A DNA stretch of 64,000 nucleotides from positions 6,386,001 through 6,450,000 of the forward strand of contig NC_042998.1 of the NCBI RefSeq assembly GCF_006345805.1, given 5' to 3'. How positions within the stretch are numbered: position 1 is the first letter of the stretch; each line of letters begins with the position of its first letter. A program made the translations under genes and the position numbers. Source of the stretch: Octopus sinensis. Taxonomy: Eukaryota. Below the pieces are notes generated by a model. That model did not search any database. It had not been told where the DNA came from and worked only from the letters and a program-made list of their open reading frames with translations. Positions 53,714 through 64,000 of the stretch are shown here, in pieces.

Positions 53714-53868
53714 CGACGGGCTTCTTTCAGTTTCTGTCTACCAAATCCACTCAGAAGCCTTTGGTCGGCCCGGGCGCTAGTAGAAGACACTTGGCCAAGG
53801 TGCCACGCAGTGGGACTGAACCTGGAACCATGTGGTTGGTAAACAAGCTACTTACCACACAGCCACTC
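53463..53868 (-). mobile_element. SINE family A
   Basis: Reverse match. Confidence 0.9.
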
Positions 53869-54299
53869 TTGTTGATCATTTGATAATTGATAAAATAAAT
53901 GGCTGTGTTGAAGAAGTTTACTTCCAAATCAAATGGTTTCAGGTCCAGTTCCACTGTGTGGCATCGTGAGCTTGTGTCTCCCAATAACCAGTAGAGCAGA
54001 AATGGTGCAAGACCAGAGTGTCATTGCTGAGTCTAATGTCTCAGAGGTGCTCTGCAAATCGGTCCCACTAAAGCCTCAGTCTGATTAATGCCTTGGAAGT
54101 GAATTTAGCAGTTGGAAATTGTAAGGAAACCCATTTTGTGTGTGTGTGTGTACATCTGTGTTTGTCCTTGCCACTGCTTGAAAACAGGTGCTGGTTTGTT
54201 TACATTTCTATAACTCCGTAGGTTTGGCAAAAACAGGCTGATAGGATAAGTGCCAGACTTGAAAATAAGTGCTGGTGTCAATCAGCTCAATTTTAAAAA

Positions 54300-54690
54300 A
54301 ATACCTATTTCTTTACTACCCACAAGGGGCTAAACATAGAGGTGACAAACAAGGACAGACAAACGGATTAAGTCAATTATATCGACCCCAGTGCGTAACC
54401 CCAGAAGGTTGAAAGGCAAAGTCGACCTTGGCGGAATTTGAACTCGGAACGTAACGGCAGACGAAATACCTATTTCTTTACTACCCACAAGGGGCTAAAC
54501 ACAGAGAGGACAGACAAACGGATTAAGTCAATTATATCGACCCCAGTGCGTAACTGGTACTTATTTAATCGACCCCGAAAGGATGAAAGGCAAAGTCGAC
54601 CTTCGCGGAATTTGAACTCAGAACGTAACGGCAGACGAAATACTGCTAAGCTATTTGCCCGGTGTGCTAACGTTTCTGCCAGCTTGCTGC
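54300..54690 (-). mobile_element. Two tandem SINE family C copies
   Basis: Reverse matches joined at gaaatacctatttctttactacccacaagg. Confidence 0.85.
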
Positions 54691-55409
54691 CTCAATTTTA
54701 AAGAATACCTTCAATGTGGTGCCTTAGCATGGCCAGGGTCCAATGACCGAAACAAGTAAAAGACAAAAGTACACGATATTCATTGATGAGATTCAATAAG
54801 ATTGAAAAACATCTTTTCCTGTTATTATCCCCACTAACAAAGATCAAACTAATTTAATTAATTTTCAGTTGATTGAAATTAGTTCCTCTATTCTGTGAGT
54901 CACTAATGAATGCAATTAAGTTTTGGTAGATTTGTTTTCTCCTCCAATTAAGGAGAAAATTTTAATTCATTATGAACTTTTGGCACATGTGATTCAGTAC
55001 ATTCATACATAACTGGTTCATCTCAATCTATGCCACGGGCTAATTTGAGTTATTTCCCTTGGCTCAATTTTGTTTTCTATTAAAAAAACAAAGTCCCATG
55101 AAACAGCATCGTGAAGATAAATCTTTGAATGTTTTTAGTTGAATTTGTAGACTAAATTATTCAAAGTTGTTATTTAGCTGACAAATCAGCCCTCAGGCTC
55201 CAAAGATTTCCAAAAGTGACCACCCCGTCTTTATTTCAGACAGTGTGTCTATAATTGCAAAACCCAGGATATCTTTTATCTTTTCACTTGTTTCTGTCAT
55301 TAGATGGCTGCCATGCTGGAGCAAATCTTGAAGAAATTTTACTCCAACAAATTGAGCCCAATACTTTTTTTATTCTAAATTGGCACTTATTCTCTTTTAC
55401 TTGTTTCAG

Positions 55410-55755
55410 TGGTAAGTAGCTTGCTTACCAGCTACATGGTTCCGGGTTCAGTCCTACTGCGTGGCAACTTGGCCAAGTGTCTTCTACTATAGCCTCAGGC
55501 CGACCAAAACCTTGTGAGTAGATTTGGTAGACAGAAACTGAAAGAAACCCATCATATATATGTGTGTGTGTGTGTGTTTGTCCTCCCAACATCGCTTGAC
55601 AACCGATGCTGGTGTTTACGTCCCAGTAACTTAGTGGTTCAGCAAAAGATATCGACAGAATAAGTACTAGGCTTACAAAGCCTGGGGGTTGGTTTGCTCG
55701 ACTAAAAGGCGGTGCTGCAGCATGGCCGCAGTCAAAATGACTGAAACAAGTAAGC
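55410..55755 (+). mobile_element. SINE family A
   Basis: Match, head clipped. Confidence 0.88.
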
Positions 55756-56137
55756 AATGATCATCTAGCCTGCTTTTTTTTCCCAACAGGCACATAGGCA
55801 TGTGGAGACTTCCAGAACTCTGTTCAGACACAAGAGTCATTGTTGATGATGTGATCATTAATTTCAAAGCTTTGCTAATATATTATTAATGCTCGATAAT
55901 GATTGGATTTCACGAAAACACAGTGCTCTTTTTGATGAGTTGTTTTCATAACAACTTCATCGCCCTCAATAGACAGGGGGCATTCAGTGCATCTAATAAT
56001 ACACTGTGCATAATTAGTGTGTTCTTAGCACGTGCTTTGGTTGCTATAACTTTTGGTTTTCAATTTGTTTTTCTGTATTGCTACCATCGTTAAGCCTACT
56101 AAATTATTTAAATTATTTGTATATCCATTATTGACAA

Positions 56138-56548
56138 AGGCGCAGGGGTGGCTGTGTGGTATGTAGCTTGCTAACCAACCACATGGTTCCGGGTTCAGTC
56201 CCACTGCGTGGCATCTTGGGCAAGTGTCTTCTGCTATAGCCCCGGGCCGACCAAAGCCTTGTGAGTTGATTTGGGAGACGGAAACTGAAAGAAGCCTGTC
56301 GTATATATGTATATATATATATATGCGTGTGTGTGTTTGTGTGTGTGTGTTTGTCTCCCTAGCATTGCTTGACAACCGATGCTGGTGTGTTTACGTCCCC
56401 GTCACTTAGCGGTTCGGCAAAAGAGTCCGATAGAATATGTACTGGGCTTACAAAAGAATAAGTCCCGGGGTCGATTTGCTCGACTAAAAGGCGGTGCTCC
56501 AGCATGGCCACAGTCAAATGACTGAAACAAGTAAAAGAGTAAAAAGAG
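56138..56548 (+). mobile_element. SINE family A
   Basis: Full-length match. Confidence 0.9.
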
Positions 56549-57007
56549 TATCCATTATTGACAGTGTTTTTGTTTTTGTTTTTTGTTTTTTGTTTTTTTT
56601 TTGGTGGTGAGAGGATTCTTTTAGTTTCAATTTCATCCACTCAGATGGTTCAAATCTTCGCTTCTTAACTCTTTTGATTCCAACCCACTTGAGACTGCTC
56701 CTGGTTCTGTGTCACAAACTTCCCTATTTTAAAAGGGTCTCAATTAAAACAAAACCTTTCATCAAAATTTCCTGTTAATTTATATTACATGCATCAGCTT
56801 CACCAATTAGCATTCAGATTACTGTCAAATGTAATTGTTATTTATTCACATTTTTTTTTAATTAATCAAGCGTTATCTGAAGGCTTTAAAATTTTGATGG
56901 GGTGATTGTATATTTTTTTAGAATGATATTGTAAGGGAGATGCGAGAGGTTTGGTCTGGCCAACTTAAACATCAAACAGGTAGGATATTCAAGCCAGATA
57001 TCTCTTT

Positions 57008-57220
57008 CTCTTTTCTCTTTTACTTGTTTCAGTCATTTGACTGCAGCCATGCTGGAGCACCACCTTTAATCGAGCAACTCAACCCCGGGACTTATTCTTT
57101 GTAAGCCCAGTACTTATTCTATCAGTCTCTTTTTGCCAAACCGCTAAGTGACAGGGACATAAACACACCAGCATCGGTTGTCAAGCAATGCTAGGGGGAC
57201 AAACACAGACACACAAACAT

Positions 57221-57251
<31 letters not shown>

Positions 57252-57602
57252 CGACGGGCTTCTTTCAGTTTCCGTCTACCAAATCCACTCACAAGGCATT
57301 GGTCGGCCCGAGGCTATAGCAGAAGACACCTGCCCAAGGTGCCACGCAGTGGGACTGAACCCGGAACCATGTGGTTGGTAAACAAGCTACTTACCACACA
57401 GCCACTCCTGCGCTTTTACATATATATATACATATATACGACGGGCTTCTTTCAGTTTCCGTCTACCAAATCCACTCACAAGGCATTGGTCGGCCCGAGG
57501 CTATAGCAGAAGACACCTGCCCAAGGTGCCACGCAGTGGGACTGAACCCGGAACCATGTGGTTGGTAAGCAAGCTACTTACCACACAGCTACTCCTGCGC
57601 CT
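57008..57602 (-). mobile_element. SINE family A with tandemly duplicated 5' half
   Basis: The head segment occurs twice (~57250-57412 and ~57437-57602). Confidence 0.88.
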
Positions 57603-57856
57603 ATGGTCAGTTTAAATGCTAAAGGGCTAATATGGAAAGATATATTACAAAATTCTTCATTATTTTCAAAATTAATTGAAATAGAGACAATTAATTTCAA
57701 GAGAAATATGTTAACAAAAAAATTTTTATTTGTTCTGTAAGTTGCTGAGGACAGAAGATTATCTGATGAGTAATTCTTGGCATCAGCCATTGATAGGACT
57801 TGTGCAAGTGTGAACGTAATTAATTCTTCAATGGTAGCATTGCTCTGAGTTCTAAT

Positions 57857-58411
57857 TAGGTCTGTGGAGTCAAGACTGTGGAGTCAGGACTGTAGAGTCA
57901 GGGCTGTGGAGTCAGGGCTGTGGAGTCAGGGCTGTGGAGTCAGGGCTGTGGAGTCAGGGCTGTGGAGTCAGGGCTGTGGAGTCAGGGCTGTGGAGTCAGG
58001 GCTGTGGAGTCAGGGCTGTGGAGTCAGGGCTGTGGAGTCAGGGCTGTGGAGTCAGGGCTGTGGAGTCAGGGCTGTGGAGTCAGGACTGTAGAGTCAGGAC
58101 TGTAGAGTCAGGGCTGTGGAGTCAGGGCTGTGGAGTCAGGGCTGTGGAGTCGGAGCTGTGAAGTAAGAAACAATTAAAGGGGAGTAGGAGTCGAAAAAAC
58201 TATACCAACCCTGACTCCAACTTACAATATCTTCATTCTTTGATATAAACCAGTTATAACATATAGACCTACTCAGAGTACAAGCGTAAGCATATGCTTT
58301 ATGAGATATGCAGACCAAAATCACTTAACCACATAAAGAGGAGTCAGAGTCAGAGGTGCCAATAGTAGAGGAGTAGGAGTCAAAGTTTTTTGTTTTGACT
58401 CCACAGACCTG
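57857..58411. mobile_element. hAT-like MITE whose left TIR is amplified into a 15-bp minisatellite (~19-20 units, 57857-58152)
   Basis: taggtctgtggagtcaa / ttgactccacagacctg; units agggctgtggagtc(a); TSD-like gttctaat / gttctgag. Confidence 0.75.
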
Positions 58412-58664
58412 GTTCTGAGAGTCAGTAGATTTTGTGCCTTTTGTGTAGAATACTGCTGATGCAACGATCAACTTGCTGTTGATCTCTCTCTCTCTCCCCT
58501 CAATTGTAATAATATAGGGAGTTTTCATTACGACTGGGTTAGCTTGATAAGGATTAACCTTAAAGCATTCGTATTTAAACCGAGATTTTAATCAGAATCT
58601 CATAACGTAAATGAGAACATGAGACTTCAGTGGGTTGGTGAATAATATGTGTAATATGCCAATA

Positions 58665-59050
58665 GTGGAGGCGCAATGGCCCAGTGGTTAGGGCAGCGGA
58701 CTCGCGGTCATAGGATCGCGGTTTCGATTCCCAGACCGGGCGTTGTGAGTGTTTATTGAGCGAAAACACATAAAAGCTCCACGAGGCTTCGGCAGGGGAT
58801 GGTGGTGATCCCTGCTGTACTCTTTCACAACTTTCTCTCACTCTTACTTCCTGTTTCTGTTGTACCTGTATTTCAAGGGGCCGGCCTTGTCACTCTCTGT
58901 GTCACACTGAATATCCCTGAGAACTACGTTAAGGGTGCACGTGTCTGTAGAGTGCTCAGCCACTTACACGTTAATTTCACGAACAGGCTGTTCCGTTGAT
59001 TCGGATCAACCGGAACCCTCATTGTCGTAACCGACGGAGTGCTTCCATCC
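58665..59050 (+). mobile_element. Full-length tRNA-derived SINE family B with 12-bp TSD
   Basis: Highly similar to 45629-46019; TSD aatatgccaata at 58653 and 59051. Confidence 0.9.
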
Positions 59051-60462
59051 AATATGCCAATAAATAAAGCTATAGATGTTTTACTGCACCTCTCTGAAAT
59101 CTGTATCATACTGAAAATCAACTGAAACACACAGGCAGGCCACCCGTTAGAAATATTAGAAAGACAACTTCAAAAGGATTAATTATTCTCATCATTCATG
59201 CTTGCATAGGTCATTCACACTTTGTTTGAAGTAGATTTTCTACAGTCAGATGCCTCTCCTCTCATCAAACCCACACCTGCTTCCAAGCAAAGTAATATTT
59301 TCTCATAGGTTGACGTGCTTTCCATAGAAGTCTGGAAATGAACAACTTTGCTCCTATGACAAAGATGTACATACACACATACACAGCAGCACTTTTGGCA
59401 TGAAGCATTTCAGAACGCCTGCAGATTTCAACGTGGCAACCACAAAAGACAGATGCTGGATACTACTTGACAAGGTACTCGGCAAATTTGGAGCAGATTT
59501 CCGACTCGAGCTTAATGGGGTTAGAAACCAACACATCAGCCCAGATACTGTCCATTCTGTCAACAAAGCTTTCAGCCGTTACATTGCATTTAAACATTAA
59601 GACAATACATTACACTATCAGAGTGGTTGGCATTAGGAAGGGCATTCAGCTGTAGAAGCCATGCCAAATCAAACTGGAGTCTGATGCAGCACCAACTTGC
59701 CGGCCCTGGTCAAACCATCCAACCCATGCCAGCATGGACAATGGACATTAAATGATGCTAATTATAAAATACAACTGTACAAAAATGAGAAAACAATTTT
59801 TTTAAAGCTAAAATTGAAAGAAAATATAGACAAGAGCCAAAAGATAATGACTACTATCATATCATCATCGTTATTATTTTGCTTTTAATCTGCATATTAT
59901 TATTATTATTATTATTATTATCACTATTATTGAATGTAATTTTATTTAGGTAAAATATTTTCTCACGTCTCCAACGCGAAGTGACAAAAGATTGGGTGGA
60001 GCTTGGTAAAATATCAGTTTAATTAGGTAACGGTCTGCTACATTACTCAGAATTTTCTGGTTCATTAGAGCTAGAGTATGATTAGCTCAAGGAAAATGAA
60101 CAGCAAACTATATCTCTTTTCCTTCATATATCCTCCCTATCTCTCTCCCTCTCTCTCATACACACACACACACAGCTCTCGGCCTTTCTCTCACATTTAA
60201 TTTGTCAATGTGTGTGATTTCTTCTATTTTATCCTGTCAAATAATAAGTTTGCTTGACTGGCTTTCCTTACCAGAAATGAAAGCAACTTCTCACCTAAGC
60301 CAACGGTGCAACACCAATAGGGCCAATATATAATTAAGATGAAGGCATTGGAATTCCATTTCGGTTTTGCTAAAGTAAGCATGCCGTTTTTGGCAGTACT
60401 TACTGAAATGAAACAAAATAGTTTTGCGTATCAGAAATACATAGGATTTTAGAAAGTAATAA

Positions 60463-60500
<38 letters not shown>

Positions 60501-60744
60501 ACATGTACAGGGTTACATTATCTATCTGTCTATACACGTTTTGTTTATATTTTAAATTGTTATTAGATATGTAAAACATCCTTTAATGAAGGAAGAAATG
60601 ATGGTCGAAGAGGGAGGAAGGATGAATGAATGGACAGACAGACAGACAAACAGACAGCCAGATTGTGATTAGACAAACTGACAGGGTAGACAGGCAGATA
60701 GCTAAACAGGGGTGGAAAGATGTATCTTAACCAGACATCCACAT

Positions 60745-60986
60745 ACGCAGGAGTGGCTGTGTGGTAAGGAGCTTGCTTACCAACCACATTGTTCTGGGTT
60801 CAGTGTCACTTCGCGTGGCACCTTGACAATCGATGCTGGTGTGTTTACGTCCCTGTAACTTAGCGGTTCAGCAAAAGAAACCGATAGAATGAGGCTTACA
60901 AAGAATAAGTCCTAGGGTCAATTTGCTCGACTAAAGGCGGTGCTCCAGCATGGCCACAGTCAAATGACTGAAAAGAGTAAAAGAGT
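60745..60986 (+). mobile_element. SINE family A, internally deleted
   Basis: Head joined directly to the 3' half. Confidence 0.85.
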
Positions 60987-61554
60987 ATACAGACATGACT
61001 GTGTGATTGTGTTTGAGAGGTTTGCTTTCCAACCACATAGTTTTGGGTTCAATCCCACTAGGTGGTACCTTGGACAAGCACCTTCTCTAGCACCAGGCCA
61101 ACCAAAGACTCATTAGTGGGATTTGGTAGAGAGAAACTATAAGCAGTCCATCACACATATGTGTATATACATACATGCATACAAATTTAAGTCACAATAT
61201 ATGGATTCAAGTAATCCCGTAGTACTCATAAAAAAAAACTCCTCAATGTATCATTGTACAAACCATATAGAATATATTACAATATACAAAAAGAAAAGGA
61301 AAAGAAGTGTATAAAGTCATAAATGGACATTTTGCATCTACATGATTGGCTAAAGCCTAAAAGGGCAACATCAAACAAAGTCGATATTGATAATGAAGTA
61401 AATGGCAAAAAAGACTCTGTAGCATTTTGTTCTGTGGTCTGGCTTGGCATGTGTACAACCTGGGTCCAGTCGTCATCTTACAACTGTGAGTAAATTCAGG
61501 TTAAGATACAAGCCTATGAATTGTTTAATGTCTTTAACAGTTCCATTAAAAAAG

Positions 61555-61845
61555 GTCTTGTCTTGTCTAGAGACAGCATTCACCCAGGGTGGGTTGAGCT
61601 GGCTTCATTCATCCTCAATGCTGCATCTCTCACAAATGCCGACCAGACCTGGCGATTTGAGGCTAACGACCATGTGATCTCCAACCACTCCCTATTCCAG
61701 CAGCGAACGCCATAGATATGGGGGCCTAGGTTGGGTTCCAGATCAGCCTTGACCGTCATCAGCCAGGTTTTTTGTTGTCCACCACATCGCTTTTGCCAAC
61801 CCCGAAGGGGAGTTCGGGCAATTGCTTCGTAGATGAATTCTCCAA
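61555..61845 (-). mobile_element. RTE-clade LINE 3' end
   Basis: GWQKRCGGQQKTWLMTVKADLEPNLGPHIYG...LASNRQVWSAFVRDAA...STHPG*, followed by an (ACAAG)n tail. Confidence 0.8.
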
Positions 61846-61852
61846 CTATGAA

Positions 61853-62430
61853 TATGCTCCAACTATGAATTTGTTTCAAGATGATAAACTTGCTTTCTAT
61901 CTTTCACTTAGAGAGATTATCCACAGTATCCCTCGTGATGACAAAGATGTCACTTTACAGGATTTTAACGCTTGTGTTGGTGCAGATTGGGAGATTTGGG
62001 GTGTTTTAAGAAAAGCATAGAATTGGGAGTTCCAACAGTAATGGGTTACTGATATTACAGGTGTGAGTAGAGATGGATCTGTGTGTAATGAACACAATGT
62101 TTCAACTAAAAATGTAAGTATAAAATGACATGTATACACCCTGGATCTAAGAAACAGCACTTTATAGATTATATCCTCACAAGGAAATGTGATATCAGGA
62201 ACTTTGCTATTGTGCAAGTTATGCTGGATGAACTAGAGGCTTTTCTGTGCTAAGGTGAATTTTGTTGTTCAGCCTAAGGTAAGAGCAAACGATGTCAAGT
62301 TACCTAAATGCTAGAGTCACAAAGGCCCGGTCAGCACTCACAGAACTCGTAAATTGTGATATGGCTATTGTTCACAACAGAACATGTGCAGCCTGTAGAA
62401 AGGTGTGCCATTCAGTTGGAGGATTGTAAA
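61853..62430 (+). mobile_element. Decayed RTE endonuclease-domain fragment, inverted relative to the adjoining 3' end
   Basis: YAPTMN...KLAFYLSLREIIHSIPRDDK...QDFNACVGADWEIW, then frameshifted NTMF / HPGSK / FIDYIL motifs of the APE domain. Confidence 0.8.
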
Positions 62431-62864
62431 GGAATGTAAAAAGAAGTCATATTGTGGCACCTGTTCCATCTGCCAGCCAGCACAGCTGTGCATTGTGCCA
62501 TAGAATGTGCAAATCTTTGGCTGGACTCAAGAGTCATACAAGGACTTCACATTGCATCATCAATGCCTCGTTTCAATGACTCTTTCTAGCATTGGCTTTG
62601 CTCGTATACAAGCAAGCAGCTATTATATATTACATCAACCCCAGGGATTACAATCATCGTCATCATTTAACATCTGCTTTCTATGCTGGCATGGGTTGGA
62701 TGGCATGAGAGGAACTGGCAAGGCCAGGGGCACACCAGATTCCATTGTCTGTTTTGGCTTGGTTTCTACAGCTTGATGCCCTTCCTAGCACCAACCACTT
62801 CACGGAGTGTGCTGGGTGCTTTTTTTTTACATGGCACCAGCACCAGTGCTTTTTATATGTTTAA

Positions 62865-63084
62865 CCCTTTAGTGTTTAAACCGGCCATATCTGGCCCAGA
62901 TATTCTACATGTTTTATATTCAAACTGGCCATATCCAGCCTCTTACACCTAACCTACATTGACATTCTAAAAATAGACAATCACATCATTGAAACCTCAA
63001 AGATATAACATAATGCATGATTAATTCAAAACAATCTGAGTGAAAAAGTATTACATTTAACAGAGTAATCTGAACACTAAAGGG
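62865..63084. mobile_element. TTAA MITE P1
   Basis: TTAA|CCCTTTAG...CTAAAGGG|TTAA. Confidence 0.85.
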
Positions 63085-63857
63085 TTAACTGGAATTTCTT
63101 ATATCAACTCCATTGGTGGAATTTGAACTCAGAACCTAAAGACAGACAAAATGCTAGGTGTGCTAACGACTCAGCCAGCTCACCACCATCTAACAGCAAT
63201 GCCATTAAAATATAAAAACATTTTTTTTCTTTTTAGTAAAATTTGAGAATAATACAGGTTTGCAAAATATAGGTTTCCTGTTTGTTAGTAAGTATAGCCA
63301 ATACGAAACAGTATTCTCACCAAGTGATATAGCAATTTCTGTGAAAATATTCCATTTCAGTAATAAGTAATGGATACAAAAAGATTTGACGAGTTATTAA
63401 TTCAATTGTAATTCTATGCTCCAAACAAGCAACAATGAAACTCATTGGAATACAAGAAATTAAAAGCTTTAAATGTTAGAAATACAGAAACACTGTGTTG
63501 AATTTAAAAAAACACCTATGAGAATAGGTCTCCTTCGTAATTAGACATTAACATTTGTGCAAATACATACATACAAATGTTTACTCTAACACAGACCAAC
63601 ATATTTACACACACACACACACAAATACATACATAGACACATACATACATAAATAAATAAAATGAAAGAACAAAAACAACAAAAAACACAAAACGGGAAC
63701 AAGATTTTACAAAGGTGTTTTATATATATATATATAGGCACATACACACAAAATATAGCTAATCATTTCAGTCATACATACTAACAGGAGACCTATATTC
63801 AATATAGATATATATATATATATATAAGTATGTACCTATAGGTGTTTGTGCATATAC

Positions 63858-63896
<39 letters not shown>

Positions 63897-64000
63897 AACT
63901 TACTATAAAACTACATATACCTACAGTTGTGTGTGTATGTATGTATGTGTGCAGACAGGCAAGCAGGCAGACAGACAGAGATACGCAGGTAAATAGACTG

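Noticed and set aside
58665-58740. tRNA gene
   Set aside because: A and B boxes are present, but it is the head of a TSD-flanked 386-bp SINE with a second copy in the window.

Overview
AT-rich, repeat-dense eukaryotic (animal) DNA with one 100-N gap at 50849-50948. The repeat families look like those of octopus genomes (my recall, not a database result). Only one host coding exon is recognisable: a 124-nt minus-strand exon (45441-45564) of the DEAD-box helicase DDX49/Dbp8, so much of the window may be intronic. The rest consists of: about 22 copies of a tRNA-headed SINE (A); two other SINE families (B, C); an RTE-tailed element with 63-nt tandem modules (D); CR1-type and RTE LINE fragments; TTAA (piggyBac-type), hAT, Tc1/mariner and Helentron-like MITEs; and long (TA/CA/TACA)n microsatellites that explain nearly all ORFs in the track. 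The most notable signal is a set of type-I hammerhead ribozyme (HHR) motifs in at least three unrelated sequence families: 7648-7697; 26880-26979 and 27778-27877 inside a ~899-bp tandem unit; both arms of a 301-bp palindrome at 28726-29026; and a tandem/inverted cluster at 31250-31472. All lie in tandem or foldback structures beside (TA)n tracts, as expected for Penelope-like element ends or retrozymes. Other observations: a TSD-bounded chimeric SINE with a candidate donor 8 kb away, a 3' hairpin shared by a SINE and a LINE, and an RTE 5' inversion. All folds and translations were done by eye; most repeat boundaries are approximate.
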